A DNA stretch of 63,117 bases, filler included, from Choristocarpus tenellus KU-1152 (lineage: Eukaryota; Protista; Phaeophyceae), in assembly GCA_964200185.2 (NCBI GenBank). It is 10 parts of 10 records of this genome, joined end to end, with 100 filler letters (N's around TTAATTAATTAA, not from the genome) between each part and the next. Parts side by side here need not be neighbours in the genome. Positions count along the whole stretch, not along the records: positions 17,081 to 38,533 come from CAXNAD020000342.1; 9 more parts are not named here. One strand, written 5' to 3'. A program made the translations under genes and the position numbers. Shown piece by piece: positions 23,801 through 36,200 of this stretch. Positions within the stretch are counted from its first letter, which is position 1. Each line of letters opens with the position of its first letter. The notes under the pieces are model-generated. The model had not been told where the DNA came from. It worked only from the letters and a program-made list of their open reading frames with translations, and searched no databases.

Positions 23801-25225
23801 CAAGGTCAAACCTGATCTGACAACTTTTCTTCAATAATCTCTCTCCCTTGAGCAGTTACCACCTTCTTGTTAATTTTCCAAATATTAAACAAGGCAGTAA
23901 GAACGAGTTAACACCTCTCAATTGAGTGTCGGAGTTTGAAACTTGTCATCACCTGTTACAACAATACACTGACTCTTCGATGAAAGGACCAAAAATAAAA
24001 CAATACTAACCTTCCTCCGATCACTAATACTTCACTTTTCTATCCCAAATTGCCATGTACTCTGGTCTTGTATCACACAAGACAACTACCCTATAGTGTG
24101 GTGCCCCATAGGGCAAAGAAGAAAGTCCCCTATATCCAAGAAAGTGATCAGGACTTCGGAGCAAAGATTAAAATTGTTACAAGCAGTGCAAGGAGAGGAG
24201 GAATGTCAAGAGTCTTGAGGCCTCACCTTGCCCAGTGACCTGGAGACAGAAGGCACATGACATGCCTTGCAAGTGCTTTTGCCATACCTCATTCCATTTG
24301 TTTCAAGGATGCCTTCACAGCCCCTTTCCTTTACTCACAGACTTCACCCACACACTGACAAGTGCTGACACACCATCCAAAAACTTCTTGTTCTATTTCA
24401 AGTCTCTCAAGGCTCTTACCTGTGAAGGTATTAAGAAATTTTGACCTACAAAGAGAAGATCAACTATTGTATCGAGAGAGTAACCGTTAAAATTAACAAC
24501 TAAATTAACAACTAAATTAATAACTTTGCCGAGTGAACAGGAAAATTCTTGGTGGCTCATGATTCCTACAGGTGGCAGAAAGAAGTGGTTGACCTCACAC
24601 AAAGTGCCGCACAAGTCAATAAGAGAAAAAATAACAAAAGCATATTTGTTTCGAGGGAATCTTAGGCTCCTTGGTCAGACCAGCCTGTGTTTAGTAACAT
24701 AATCCAAACAGATGAGTTCTATGTTCAGATTTACATTCTATGCAGTGATCCTTACCTCATCAGGAAAATGGAAATGTCCAATGTCTAAATTGTTGCTTTT
24801 ATTAATACAATACCAAGCATTCAAAAGTCTAGCCCTTTCTTTTCAACTGCACCCACCCCTTACAATTTTTTTCAATTGTCACAATGAATGACAATTCAAA
24901 TCATTTTGGCATATGGGATTGCCCACTAAGGCTCCATTGTACCACAGAGAACCAATGTACAGAATTTTACCATAGGTGGAGTGTAGATGATGAAAGAGGC
25001 AAGACTCTCATCACCAACAGGCATGCTTGTTCACTATTCAAAACACAAAGTAAAAGATAATGTAGGAAACCATACTCTCCAGGGGGTAGGTAGGTTATCT
25101 GATCACTACAGGAAGAGTAATTATGCTGATGGTATATACTAACCTCTCCAACTTTGATCTCCAGGTTGTTCACACCTTCATTCACACCTTCAGGATATGG
25201 TTTCACCGACGTGAGCTGGTCTAGG
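20884..25225 (-). pseudogene. Decayed intron-rich gene(s) with intact splice phase but multiple in-frame stops
   Basis: Exons 24419-24339, 24239-24227, 24129-24011 and 23952-23812 have AG/GT boundaries and join in phase: VRALRDLK*NKKFLDGVSALVSVWVKS|VTGQG|DFLLCPMGHHTIG*LSCVIQDQSTWQFGIEK*SISDRRK|VMTSFKLRHSIERC*LVLTALFNIWKINKK...EKLSDQ. Further exon-like blocks lie up- and downstream (e.g. 21797-21570). Outer limits are approximate. Confidence 0.55.
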
Positions 25226-26934
25226 GACTAAAAACAAGTGAAATGAGATTGTACACCTCGTCAAATTGAACAATGTCTCACACAAGTCACCCCTCCATGT
25301 TGTGGATGATAATTGGGAGTTCTCCCTTTTGATTTTTGGGGGTGTGGACTACGGATATGATTGCCTTATTCAGTGATACATATTAGGGAATAGTGGGTGG
25401 GTCCTCAAAGCTTCTACTTCAGTAAGGCCAGCCAGTCAATAAGATGCAACATACAGCTGCTTTGCAAATGAAGGAACTGAGGAAACATACAAGGAAACAA
25501 GTATCACAGACACGAGAAAGATCAGCTTACCTCAGAGTGTGAATTAGGGTTAGAGCTAGTACCACAACTGGGCATGAAAGGAAGAAGTAACCCATTGCAT
25601 ACTGATGTGCTGACAGCATCAACACTTCACAATTCCCAACCCAGCTCGGGGCAAAAATATGGGGAGACATATTTCATGTGGTAAGACAATATATGGTTAT
25701 GGAGAACTTACAAGAGAGAGGCACACAATCCTCATCAACTACAAACAGAAAGTACTCTCATGGAAAGGCCTCAGAACCTATTATTGTTAAGCTATTACTG
25801 CTGCTTACTCCTAAAACATTTGACAACTTGATGAAGACTATGTCACCACTCATGTTCACACACAGGCTGTTCTAAGCCATAACTTGCACTGACCAAGTAC
25901 AATGTCCCCTTAAAAAGAAGGGATCACCATCACCAAGTACAGCAGCGGTGTAGAGTGATTATGTCATCACTGTTTGTCCAGGCAACAAAAGGACAGATCA
26001 GCTTTGTGGATAGGGGACAGAAGTGCTAAGCTGACTAAGGCTACGCACTTCGATTTGGGCTAAGATAGGGGCACCTGTGCTAAGCTTTGGTATCACTGTA
26101 AGCTCAAAATTGACTATTAATACTATGACGGTGTAAATTTTGCAGCATATGAGAAAAAAGGCCAAACATGTTCACATAGATGGGTACAGTGGGCAATGAA
26201 GATTCGAGAGGTCTTTGTTAGATTCCAAAGGATTACTTCAAGTTCGCCATGTATTGCAAAGAGGCAATCAAAAGCACCTGCCAAGTTAAGAAAGCATTAA
26301 AAAAAAGTGCGGCAGGTGAGGTTTCTATCATCAATCCTGCGCACAACGAGTGGTATTTGAAAAAGCTATGTAGGGGGTTTTAGGAAAGCCATTCTCCGAT
26401 TATTGGCATGAGTAGAAGCCCAGATGAAGATAAACAGGTGAAATACTTCAATACTGTTTAGGTGACAAATGCGCAGTACTCAGAAAAATCGACCTCGCAT
26501 GGATCATAGACAAAGACAAGGGCCGCAAGACACCATAATGCTGTACAGCTGTTGAAGAATCCGATTACTTCAACTCTCTTTTACTAGTTCCCTTTCGTGG
26601 ACACATGAGAATATATTTCTCCAAAAATATAACCTTCTCAATCAACCTTGCACTGCGGCTGAAGCAGCAAATAAGACGGGGATCAAGCAGCACCTCCATC
26701 ACTACAACTCACGCACTTAGTTGCGTGTGCAATGTTCATGCCACAAACTCTAAACCAATCCATGAAGTAGGAGGAAGGGGAGGGGAGGGGGCAAGATTCA
26801 AACATATTTGGACTTTGACTTTGCCCCTAAATTGACAACAGCACCCACACTTTCCCCGTCACAATATTTTGTAACACCGCAAAATCTTTCCCTCTATCAA
26901 CCCCTTGCCACGTGTTGTGCAGCTATGTCCATAA

Positions 26935-27554
26935 TCAAGGCTTCGTCATGATGGTGATATCGCCCTTGACCATTGAACAGCACGAGAGTCTGAATGAGTC
27001 TGGCTTATCCTTCAGCAGCTTTTTTTCACCCGGACCCTTGGGACTCATGTTCTTTGCGCCGTCGATGACGTTGACAGCGCACGTCCCACAAGAACCGCCC
27101 CCTCCGCAGTTGTAGATTTTCCCCTGGTGGAAGTGTGAAGAGAAGAGTACAGAGCAGCAGAGCAGACGCCATTTTAATCAACAGCTTGTTAAGATATACA
27201 TCAATTTCGAGAGCAGGGCAATTGGAGGAAACCCGATGGACCTAAACGACGCGGTACCTGGAGGGGGTAAACGTCGACCTTGTTATCCAGCAGCACTTTC
27301 CGAAGATTCTTCTGAGCTGGGATATTAATCGTGGTCTCCTTGAAACCCGTCTTTTGCCTCACATTGATGTTGATTCCCTTCGCCTTGGCCTTACTGTTAC
27401 TACCTCCCCCACCAAAAAACATGTTCATCCCGCCATTAGTCGCGCTCCTTGAAACCGCTGAAGTCGCCTGGATTGAAGGTATAGGGGAAATGAATCCCAC
27501 TGCTATCTGAACCCAGACCACGAGGAGGAGAGCTACAGATGAAATGCGTGCCAT
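26935..27554 (-). CDS. Plastid-targeted 2Fe-2S ferredoxin-like protein (2 exons)
   Basis: Exons 27554-27258 and 27123-26935: signal peptide ...IAVG-FISP (ASAFAP-like), then KNLRKVLLDNKVDVYPLQ|GKIYNCGGGGSCGTCAVNVIDGAKNMSP...RLSCCSMVKGDITIMTKP*. Cx5Cx2C...C cluster ligands are present. Confidence 0.92.
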
Positions 27555-27768
27555 TATCGATGTTTCAATGGAAATAGGATACCTGTGTTTTGTGGGTTTC
27601 TAGTATGATGAATGTTTCCAGCCACGTTCATGTGTAGTGAAAACGTATGTCATGGCGACGCCTTCCATATTGTTCATGTTTCGTGATATGTAGGAGCACC
27701 CTTGAACAGACCACCGTGAACTTCAGTGACACGGGCTTCAGCCACATTACCAGAAGCTCTTATTAATC
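27555..27768. promoter_or_regulatory. Putative bidirectional promoter/5' UTRs between ferredoxin and atpC
   Basis: Only 214 bp separate the two divergent ATGs. Confidence 0.65.
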
Positions 27769-29649
27769 ATGGCATATATGGCGCGTATGGTAGCATTTTT
27801 CGTGGGAAGCATGGCTTGTGCTTCGGCTTTTCATGCCTCCCCGAGGCTTGGTGGCTTCGGTGGCATCAATATCGTAGAGAGTGTTGAGTCTGCGAAAGCC
27901 CCTGCTCGTCGGGGACACACTGGACCCATGATGGGGGGCAAAGAAAATGCCATTAGGTGAGCTTCTTTTAGTGTGAATGGTATATTCTGGGTGTAAGTTG
28001 ACAGCGATATTTTATCCTATGTATGCACGTTACCCACCTTTCTATTTGACTTAACATATTCCAAGTTTGTGAGTTTAGTCAAAAATAAGACTTGAAGCGT
28101 TTTAGGGTGGAGTGACAGTTCATTTAACCATAGGGTAGTTCGTGGCGTCACCTACGCCGTTAGAAGTCGTGCTTCAAGCGCTTGTCCCAATACCGGGTTC
28201 AATGTATGCGTTCATGAGGGGGAAGCGATTCCCGACCATACAAATGCGCGTCAAGTCGCTGTAAAGACGAGATGAGAAATATTTTGCCACTCGTTTCCCG
28301 TTACGCCTATCGCCGTGCTTTGTGCACACTAACGGCTAAGAGTTTTGATTTCTTCCCTGAGTGTTTTTTAACGCGTTATGATGTCAACGAATCTACTAAT
28401 CTGATGATAACATCTTGTTTTCTCTCTTTCAAACAACTGCTACCCATGTTCTATTGGGGAGAGTTCTGTGTAAGGGATCAACCCTTTTCGACACGTGATT
28501 ACTTCCGATGACCTTGAAGATGGCATTATTATGTTGACTGGTCGTTCCTCTTGTGGAAATGAAGAGTGTAAATTGACTTGTTCAAGTAATACGCGACGAG
28601 GACCTGTATCGTTTTATGCTGTCATTTTTGGTTACTCTCCAAGTTTGGCTGTGGTACACAAAAGACTGACCCCAAGTTCCTCTCTATATGTATTTTTCAA
28701 TGTCACCATGAGCAGGGGACGTATCGTCACTGTTAATAACACAAAGAAGATTACCACAGCTATGCGGCTCGTGGCCGCTGCTAAGGTGCGCCGCGCTCAG
28801 GAAGCTGTTCTGCAGACCCGCCCTTTCTCCGAAACACTTCAGGGCATTTTCTCTGCCCTCATTAGCCAGCTGGGAAAGGAGAACATCGACCTTCCTTTGC
28901 TCACAGCTCGTGAAGTGAAGAATGTTCTGGTTGTGGGCATCTCAGGCGATCGTGGTCTCTGTGGTGCGTACAATTCGTACGCTATCAAGAAGACAGAGGC
29001 GCGTGCTCGGGAGCTCATGGACCAGGGATACAATGTGGAGTTTGTGACTATTGGAAAGAAGATCTCCCAGTACTTCAGGCGCCGCAATGATGTGTACAAG
29101 GTCAAGCGAGCATTTGACTGTGGTCAAGTGCCCACTGCCCCTGAAGCTTCAGCTATTGCACAGGAACTCCTGACAGACTACCTGTCCGGTGAGACTGACA
29201 GTGTTGAGATCATCTACTCCCGCTTTGTATCCCTCATCGCATCCGAGCCCTCCATCCGCACCCTGCTTCCTCTCTCCCTGCGGGGCATTGAGAATGAAGA
29301 GGACGAGATCTTCCAGTTGACTAGCGAGGGAGGAAAGTTCTCCGTCCAGAGAGAGACCCTAGAGAAGACAGAGACAGAGCTCACTCAGGACCTCATCTTT
29401 GAGCAGGACCCCATCCAGATCCTGAACTCCATTCTGCCTCTCTACCTTGATGGTCAGATCTTGCGTATGCTTCAAGAGTCTGTTGCCTCTGAACTGGCAG
29501 CACGGATGGCATCTATGCAGGCTGCATCTGACAATGCTGGTGATCTGTCAAAGAGCCTCTCCCTTGTTTACAACCGTGCCCGTCAGGCTAGTGTCACTCA
29601 GGAGTTGCTGGAGATTGTTGCTGGAGCTACCGCCCTTGAGTCGCAGTAG
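27769..29649 (+). CDS. atpC: Chloroplast ATP synthase gamma subunit (nuclear-encoded, 2 exons)
   Basis: Exon 1 27769-27956 (MAYMARMVAFFVGSMACASAFHASP...GGKENAIR, ASAF presequence) and exon 2 28716-29649 (GRIVTVNNTKKITTAMRLVAAAKVRRAQ...GDRGLCGAYN...ASELAARM...YNRARQASVTQELLEIVAGA). GT-AG intron in phase 2. Confidence 0.98.
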
Positions 29650-30849
29650 ATAATTATTTTTCTCTGATTTGTGACTGAAGTGACCTGGGCTTAATGGAAT
29701 AACTTGTGGGTGGCTTGGGGACAAAGGAGGAAAACATTGGAGAATGTGTAGTTAGATCCACCGGTGACAAGGGAATGGAACATGACAGAGGAATGTTGCT
29801 CTGTACTTACTGACTGAGGCTAACAATATGCTCAAAGCTTAAGACTAGGGGTCAGGGGCTGCAGCCCCCTGTACATTCTCACGACTAACCGATTTTTTCA
29901 TTTTTTGGCACGGAACAAGGAATTGCAGCAGCAGCCCTGTGTAAACATTGGGTGTCTAGAGGTATATAGATCCTCACTTGTGACTTGTGAAGTGTGGTGG
30001 ACAAGTGCGTTGGGACAGGTTATTTGCTGAATGTGGTGGGCCTAGTGGCCCTGAAGGTAGCGGTTGTATTGCTGCTGTTCTTTTTGTGTGCTCATGATAG
30101 CTGGCCTGTATGTTGGTAACAAAGTAAAGTCACAGAACAATGAGCATACACTGATATTTTGTGCCCCATACCTTGTGGTGTGGTATGGTGTGTCATGTTC
30201 TAGGAACTTGATGAGCCCTTCTCAAGTCTCAGGCCTGCTTTAATGACAATATAGAAATGTGTTGAAAGATCCTTAACAATGCGTTTATAAGATGTCACAG
30301 AGTTATTGTGGTCTGTGTAATGTGCACAGGTATTGTAATCTTTTGGTTACTGGAGGTTTTTATTTCCATCATTTGTTCAAACAGTTTGGCATCAGATACC
30401 TGGTTACTTGCCCCCAAGGTCACTTCAATCATTTGAGTTCAACAAGGGGGGGGGGGAAATCATCTGCATTGACTGGTGCTTCTGCAGAGGCAGATAAACT
30501 CTTGTCAAGACACCAGATCCAAGTTTGGTCCGAACCAGTTTACCTGAAACGCTTACCTTTATTGGCAGATTTTGTTCCGCACACAGCTGGTGCAACAGTG
30601 TCATGTATTGAAGACACCAGGTCTGGGGAGTGGAAGGTCAGGTCTACAAAAAATGAAAAATGGTATTTATTTTTTTATTGAATGAGGACCGCGATCTAAA
30701 GCGGTTACTATATCCAAAAGACTGTCAAGATGTGAGAGCAGATTGGTTAAGTATCAAGTGGAGCATGATGAAAAAAGTTGATAGTGTCTACTTTTACATG
30801 TAGAATATACACTGTAAGTAAACGCCTCAACAGACCTTTTCAATCAACT

Positions 30850-31257
30850 ACTCAGAAGTAGGGAATTATGAAGATAGGTTTCACCTTGGAAAGGCACACA
30901 TTTTTTCCTATTATTTTTGTAATCAGCAGATTTTGGAAACTATCTTGCTGTCTTCAGAGAATAATTTCTGTTGTTTTTATATGAAGAGGTTTTCTGTTTA
31001 GTGTAAGGTTAAGCATTTGAGTAACCATAGTTGATCCAGTTCACTCTCTGTTGAGAGCTATCATCTCCAAAATTTACATCATTCCCAAAAAAGGACCTTT
31101 CAAGACCTTGCCGAGTATCTCAACATTGCAGCAAATCTTGAAGAGAATGATTGTAAATTGTAAATCTAAATGAAACTTTAGCATAAAATACAACTTGCAA
31201 TTCCTTGGTCATCTCAAGGAATTGAATTTTGCAGAGATTAGTAGAGGGGACTTGCTG

Positions 31258-31293
<36 letters not shown>

Positions 31294-32300
31294 TTATTTT
31301 TAAGTTTGTACAGTGGTGCTAAGTGTCTTGTTTGTCATGTACTTGGAGGCGTTATCATTAAGACCATATATATTATCCCTGGAAAATCCAGTGGTTGCTA
31401 GAAAAACAAGTTATGAAAAATATCCATGAATGTTCCTGCATATCTGGGAGGCCATTGGCTGGTAGGGACTGAGCAGGGACCCTTTGGTCACAACAGTAGC
31501 TATCTTGTTTGATGAATCTGCACAATCTGCATAGAGGTACGCTTAGGTATTTACAATCATTGAAAGGTCCTTTCCAGTCAGTTTTCATGGGGAATCCAAT
31601 GACCACTTCAGACGCTCATTTTGTGCTGTGGCACAAATATATTACAGCAAGAACTTGTAGCTTGGTACATGGATTTTTTATTTGCCCTCACCCTAGCCCT
31701 CTTTCTACAGACTTGCTCTGAGAGAGGTGATACATGCACCGTCTGAAAACATTTGCAGAATTGTGGAAAGACCCTCACCAGTGGCACAGACAGGGTGAAA
31801 ATAAATAAGAGTTCAACTGGTTGTGACGTTTCCAAAGTAGTGTACATTAACAAAGCGTAAACGCTATGTACTCACTGGCTGTTTGATACGTTTAATCTGC
31901 AACTGGTGACATGCCTTGACCGATTACTTGGCATTCAAAACGATTATCAAGAAGAGGTAACAGCTTGTATTACCTAACTGTGCTCCCATAAAAACCATAG
32001 ATTTTCAGCATACTTCCGCAAACACCATCATTTTGATAATTCCACCATAATAACCCGACAAAATCAAATCCTGTTGAGACAGGTCCTCAAACCCCTATCT
32101 ACCTTTCACGAACCATGGTGTCAACTGGTTACTATAACTGTGGGCGTTGACAAAGATTGACCTAGCAGTTTCTGGTGCAAAAAAAGCTGTTGGTAGTCAT
32201 GTCAATGCATTCCTTGTTCAACTGAATCCCCTACACAACCAAGGAAACACCATATTGAAAACAAGCAAGCTCTTGGATATCAGCTGTGAGGAGAGGTTGC
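30850..32300 (-). mobile_element. Probable degenerate hAT-type transposase remnant
   Basis: Fragments in hAT order across frames: VELLFIF..CATGEGLSTIL..SDGAC (DGA motif), AYLYADCADSSNKIA (position of C..H.lnLa), ICRNIHGYFS, KFLEMTKELQ. Many stops and frameshifts; limits are approximate. Confidence 0.4.
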
Positions 32301-32955
32301 AATTATGACTCCATATGGCATGCGTCACCCTGTGCATTGATTGGCTACAAAATGTTTTTGGCAGCAGCAATGACTAAAACAAAGCGATCACAAGCAGTGA
32401 AATAAGTGCACACTCAGGAGGAGGAAACACTTCCCTCACTGACAATCAATCACCTCACCTACCATACTTTGTCACACTATTTTATCACTTGCAAGCAATT
32501 CTACAGCAAAGACACATCTACCTCCAGCTCACAAGTGGTTGTGTTCACTACGATACCACTACTTAGGGTTAGGGTTAGTTTATAATCCCTCCAAAAACAC
32601 TACCAATCGCAAGAACTTACTTACCACACACACACCCAAACAATAGCACGCACAGGAAAATGACCTCTTCCTCCTCGAGCAACTACCATAGATGTCAGCA
32701 ACCTGATCTGTCTCTTCCATCTTATGTTCATCCTTCTGTTCATCCTTCTGTTCATCCTTCTTACAAGTATCCCTATTTCGTTGCTTACGGCAATATATGT
32801 ATATACCAGTCCATGCAAATTACAAGCACTCTCCCTTCCCAAAAACAAAAAAAAATGTTAACACTACCCACACTGAACAGGTTCCATACTAGTGCATATG
32901 ACCACATATATCCCCATAGATTCACCCTGGACAAGGCAAAATCCGTGACACACCA

Positions 32956-33012
32956 CTTGAGGGTTGAATCTTGAGGGTTGAATCTTGAGGGTTGAATCTT
33001 GAGGGTTGAATC
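32956..33012. repeat. 14-bp tandem repeat (CTTGAGGGTTGAAT) x4
   Basis: Read directly. Confidence 0.9.
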
Positions 33013-33145
33013 TATACATGATCCATCACATTCCACACCACATGCTGAAAGCACATCCTCCAACAATATTCCCTTTTTACCATTAACCGCAACTGCTGTT
33101 TCACATTGGCAATAGGGTAATAGAGGGGTGCTTACAAGACACACA

Positions 33146-33196
<51 letters not shown>

Positions 33197-33273
33197 CATA
33201 CTTGCAATGTAAAAGCACGGGCGCCAAAGTGTCTAGAACAACCCTCCTCCTCCCTCTTCCCTTAGTGATGCAT

Positions 33274-36200
33274 CTACCGAGGAAAGCCAGTTGCAGACAC
33301 CATTCCAATCGATACACCACTACCAAGAGCATCAGGTGTCTGGACACTCATTGCCACATCACTAGAAACAACCCCTCCCACTCCTGCAAGGCCAACTTGT
33401 CCATCTCCAGCCAACATACCAGTCCTGGGCACAACAGCATGCCCCATGCTCTCACCAATAACCATTTCAGGAACTTCAGGAGTGTTTGAGGTGTGGGATG
33501 TGACCATCTCATCCTCCTGTGAGGTCAACCCAGGCCCTGCAGGCCGCAGTGACAAGCCAGGAGTCTGCTCTTGACTTGGTGCATCATCTGCCACTGCCAC
33601 ACCAATGCCTGCAGTTGTCTGGTCCATAGCCATTTCGTTCCGGATACCCTCATCACCTTCCACATCCATGTCCCTGGCCATAGTTGCCTCATTGGTCACT
33701 CTTGAATCAAGTCGTCCACTGTGTAGGACACCATCACCCATAGTGTTAGGTCCCGCACGATGAACTCCTGAAGAACAGGTCATATCCCCAGACCCCAATG
33801 CTTGTGTTGAAGATAATTGCGTTGAAGATAGTGTAGGTATAGGACCTGTTGCACCTACACTCTTGAGCATGGTTGGCAGGGTGGGAAGAGTGGTGGCAGC
33901 AGGGAGGGCAGCCGAACTCAGCACTGGTCCAGTATTAGTCACCGTAGCCATGGACGAACTTGAACCCCCAGAGGTGGAAGTACCAAGATCCACTGGCTCA
34001 AGCTTAGGTCGCTTCCCAAGGAGAGACACACGAAGGGTGCTTGGAGCAGGCTGTGGCCGTAGGCTAGACCCACCCCCTTCGCCTTTAAGAACAGCAGGAG
34101 ATGATCCCTTCTGCTGTGTCTGGAAGGAGGCAGGCCTTACTCCCATAGAGGAACCACCTAATAGCCTCATGCTTCCAGGAGGCTTGCCTTGAAGTGAGGA
34201 CTTTGGCATACCAGTAGCCCTGCTGGCAGAGGACATCTTATGTCTCTGGGGGCGATATGGTGCATGATGCATGGTGCACATCACAATCAAAGAAAAAGAA
34301 AAAGAAAAAAAAAGAAACAAGAATGAGAGGGAGGGTGAAGGGATGTGACTATTGCATCTCATGTCAATGCTCATGTTGTACACATCAGCCATTTTTAACT
34401 ATCTTGGAAGTTTGTGTGGAATATTCTCAGGGCATTGGAGGATATACTATATATATATATACTAACTAGCTGATGGCAGTGGAGGTACAACTGTGAAACC
34501 AGTCCTTGACGCAATATATACTATATATATATACTAACTAGCTTATGGCAGTGGAGGTACAACTGTGAAAACAGTCCTTAATACAAAAAATATATGTATC
34601 AGGTGAGGTCCACCAACAACAATCCACTCTTCACAGTTACACAAACCATCAAAGCTAACAGAAACAACACCGTAGCATGATGGTACATATCCAAGTGAAG
34701 GAGTATGAAGTACTCTTCAGCAAAGGTATGTTCTGGTATTAACTGCAGCATCACCAAAAATGTCACCTTTGTGTCAGACCACTGCTTGCACTGCGGAATG
34801 TAGGTAGGATCCTTCAAGTTGGGATCCGCATTAGTCGACAACCAGCATTGCCAGCGGTAAAGGGCAGGGTCATCATGGGAGAAGTCTTCCCTTAACACAC
34901 GCTTCCTCTTCTTCGCCTCAATCCACTTCCGGGTGGGACAGAAGAGTGAATGAAATGAAAGATTAGTGGTGAAAGATTAGTGTTGCAGAATTGGACTCCC
35001 AGACAGGACAGGACTCTAGAAATATAGAAACACAGGCACCAGAGTCTGCCAAACACTCATACTTTGCTACACTGTAAGTTTCTTGAACAACCTTAACCTG
35101 CCTTAAAACAAATGGAGTCCTACCACCCACCTTTACAGGTGCCTGCATCATGCAAGTCAGAGCTGGATCAAGTATGGTATGCCGAGAGAAGCTGTTCCTT
35201 ACTGAAAAGTCCTCCGGGTGGTCATCACCATTCTCTTGAACAGCAGGGACAGTGTCCATTGCCACACTATCACTGGCGCCTGTCTTGTTCTTCTTGAAGT
35301 AGCCAATGTACACGGGAGACAGCCAACACTGTTCGTTCCAGCAGTATCGATCACCAGCCTGGCATAGTACAAGTAACACACAGGTATTAGCAGAATCCTG
35401 TAGTAGGCACAAACCTACAGAAAAAGTAAGGCAGCTTTTCCAGTCAGGGACGCCTCCCAAGATAGGTATAGCTTCAAAAACGCCTTCTAGCACTTTCTCC
35501 TTACTTACCTCCATCTCCCACATACACATATCGCATCTCACAGGCATCACCTCCACGCTTTGAGTGGTATCTTCACGGTCCACATCATAGTCCTTTATCA
35601 CTCCAGCAAGTAACTCCTTCCACTCAACAAGCGCAGGGCGCTCTTTCCCACGTGCTATCTGGGTCTCCCATTGCTTCCTCACTCCTTCTGGAGGACCACC
35701 ACCCTCCTGTACAACAGCCCATCCCATCATGTGTGTGCACACATGGGTGTCAGTGTCACAAAATATTTTCAGCCATTTCATAGCACATTTGAAGCAGATA
35801 TTCAACACAAAACAAACACCACATATGGATTACATGTTTGAGAGATTACATGTTTGAGAGGCAATCTGGCATGAACGGATATTCCAAGGCTCTGAAAGCA
35901 GGGTGAGAAAGGACTTCCATCACATTGCAGAATCCTTGACCAATGCATGCATACATGCATACATGCATATCACAGGCAACACGCATGAAAAACTCTACTA
36001 GTAAACACCTTTCTGCCTGAGATGGGAAGAACTGATCTATCTTTCTGGCGATCCACACGGTCTCTTACTAATAGCCTTTCCTCCATTTCACCAAATTCCA
36101 TAGGGCCATCAACATTTGGACTCGGGATTCGGCGATCCCTGTCTTTCATCCCATTTACATCAGTGAACCTTTCCCTCACTCTGCGATCATCCCTGAATGA

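Noticed and set aside
23812-24419. Alternative nuclear genetic code (stop reassignment)
   Set aside because: On the same contig atpC ends in TAG, ferredoxin ends in TGA, and no conserved gene contains in-frame stops.
26299-26345. Minus-strand hairpin followed by a T run (tRNA 3' end or Pol III terminator-like)
   Set aside because: No cloverleaf or A/B boxes; probably chance structure downstream of the ferredoxin gene.
28375-28415. Box C/D snoRNA in the atpC intron
   Set aside because: Box C is imperfect and the C-to-D span is too short.
28495-28715. N-terminal extension of the 384-aa atpC ORF in the ORF track
   Set aside because: Intronic read-through. The real N-terminus is exon 1 at 27769-27956 with the plastid presequence.
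29854-29871. Perfect palindrome CAGGGGCTGCAGCCCCTG downstream of atpC as a terminator
   Set aside because: Rho-independent terminators do not apply to nuclear Pol II genes, and this GGGGC..GCCCC hairpin is common in eukaryotic repeats.
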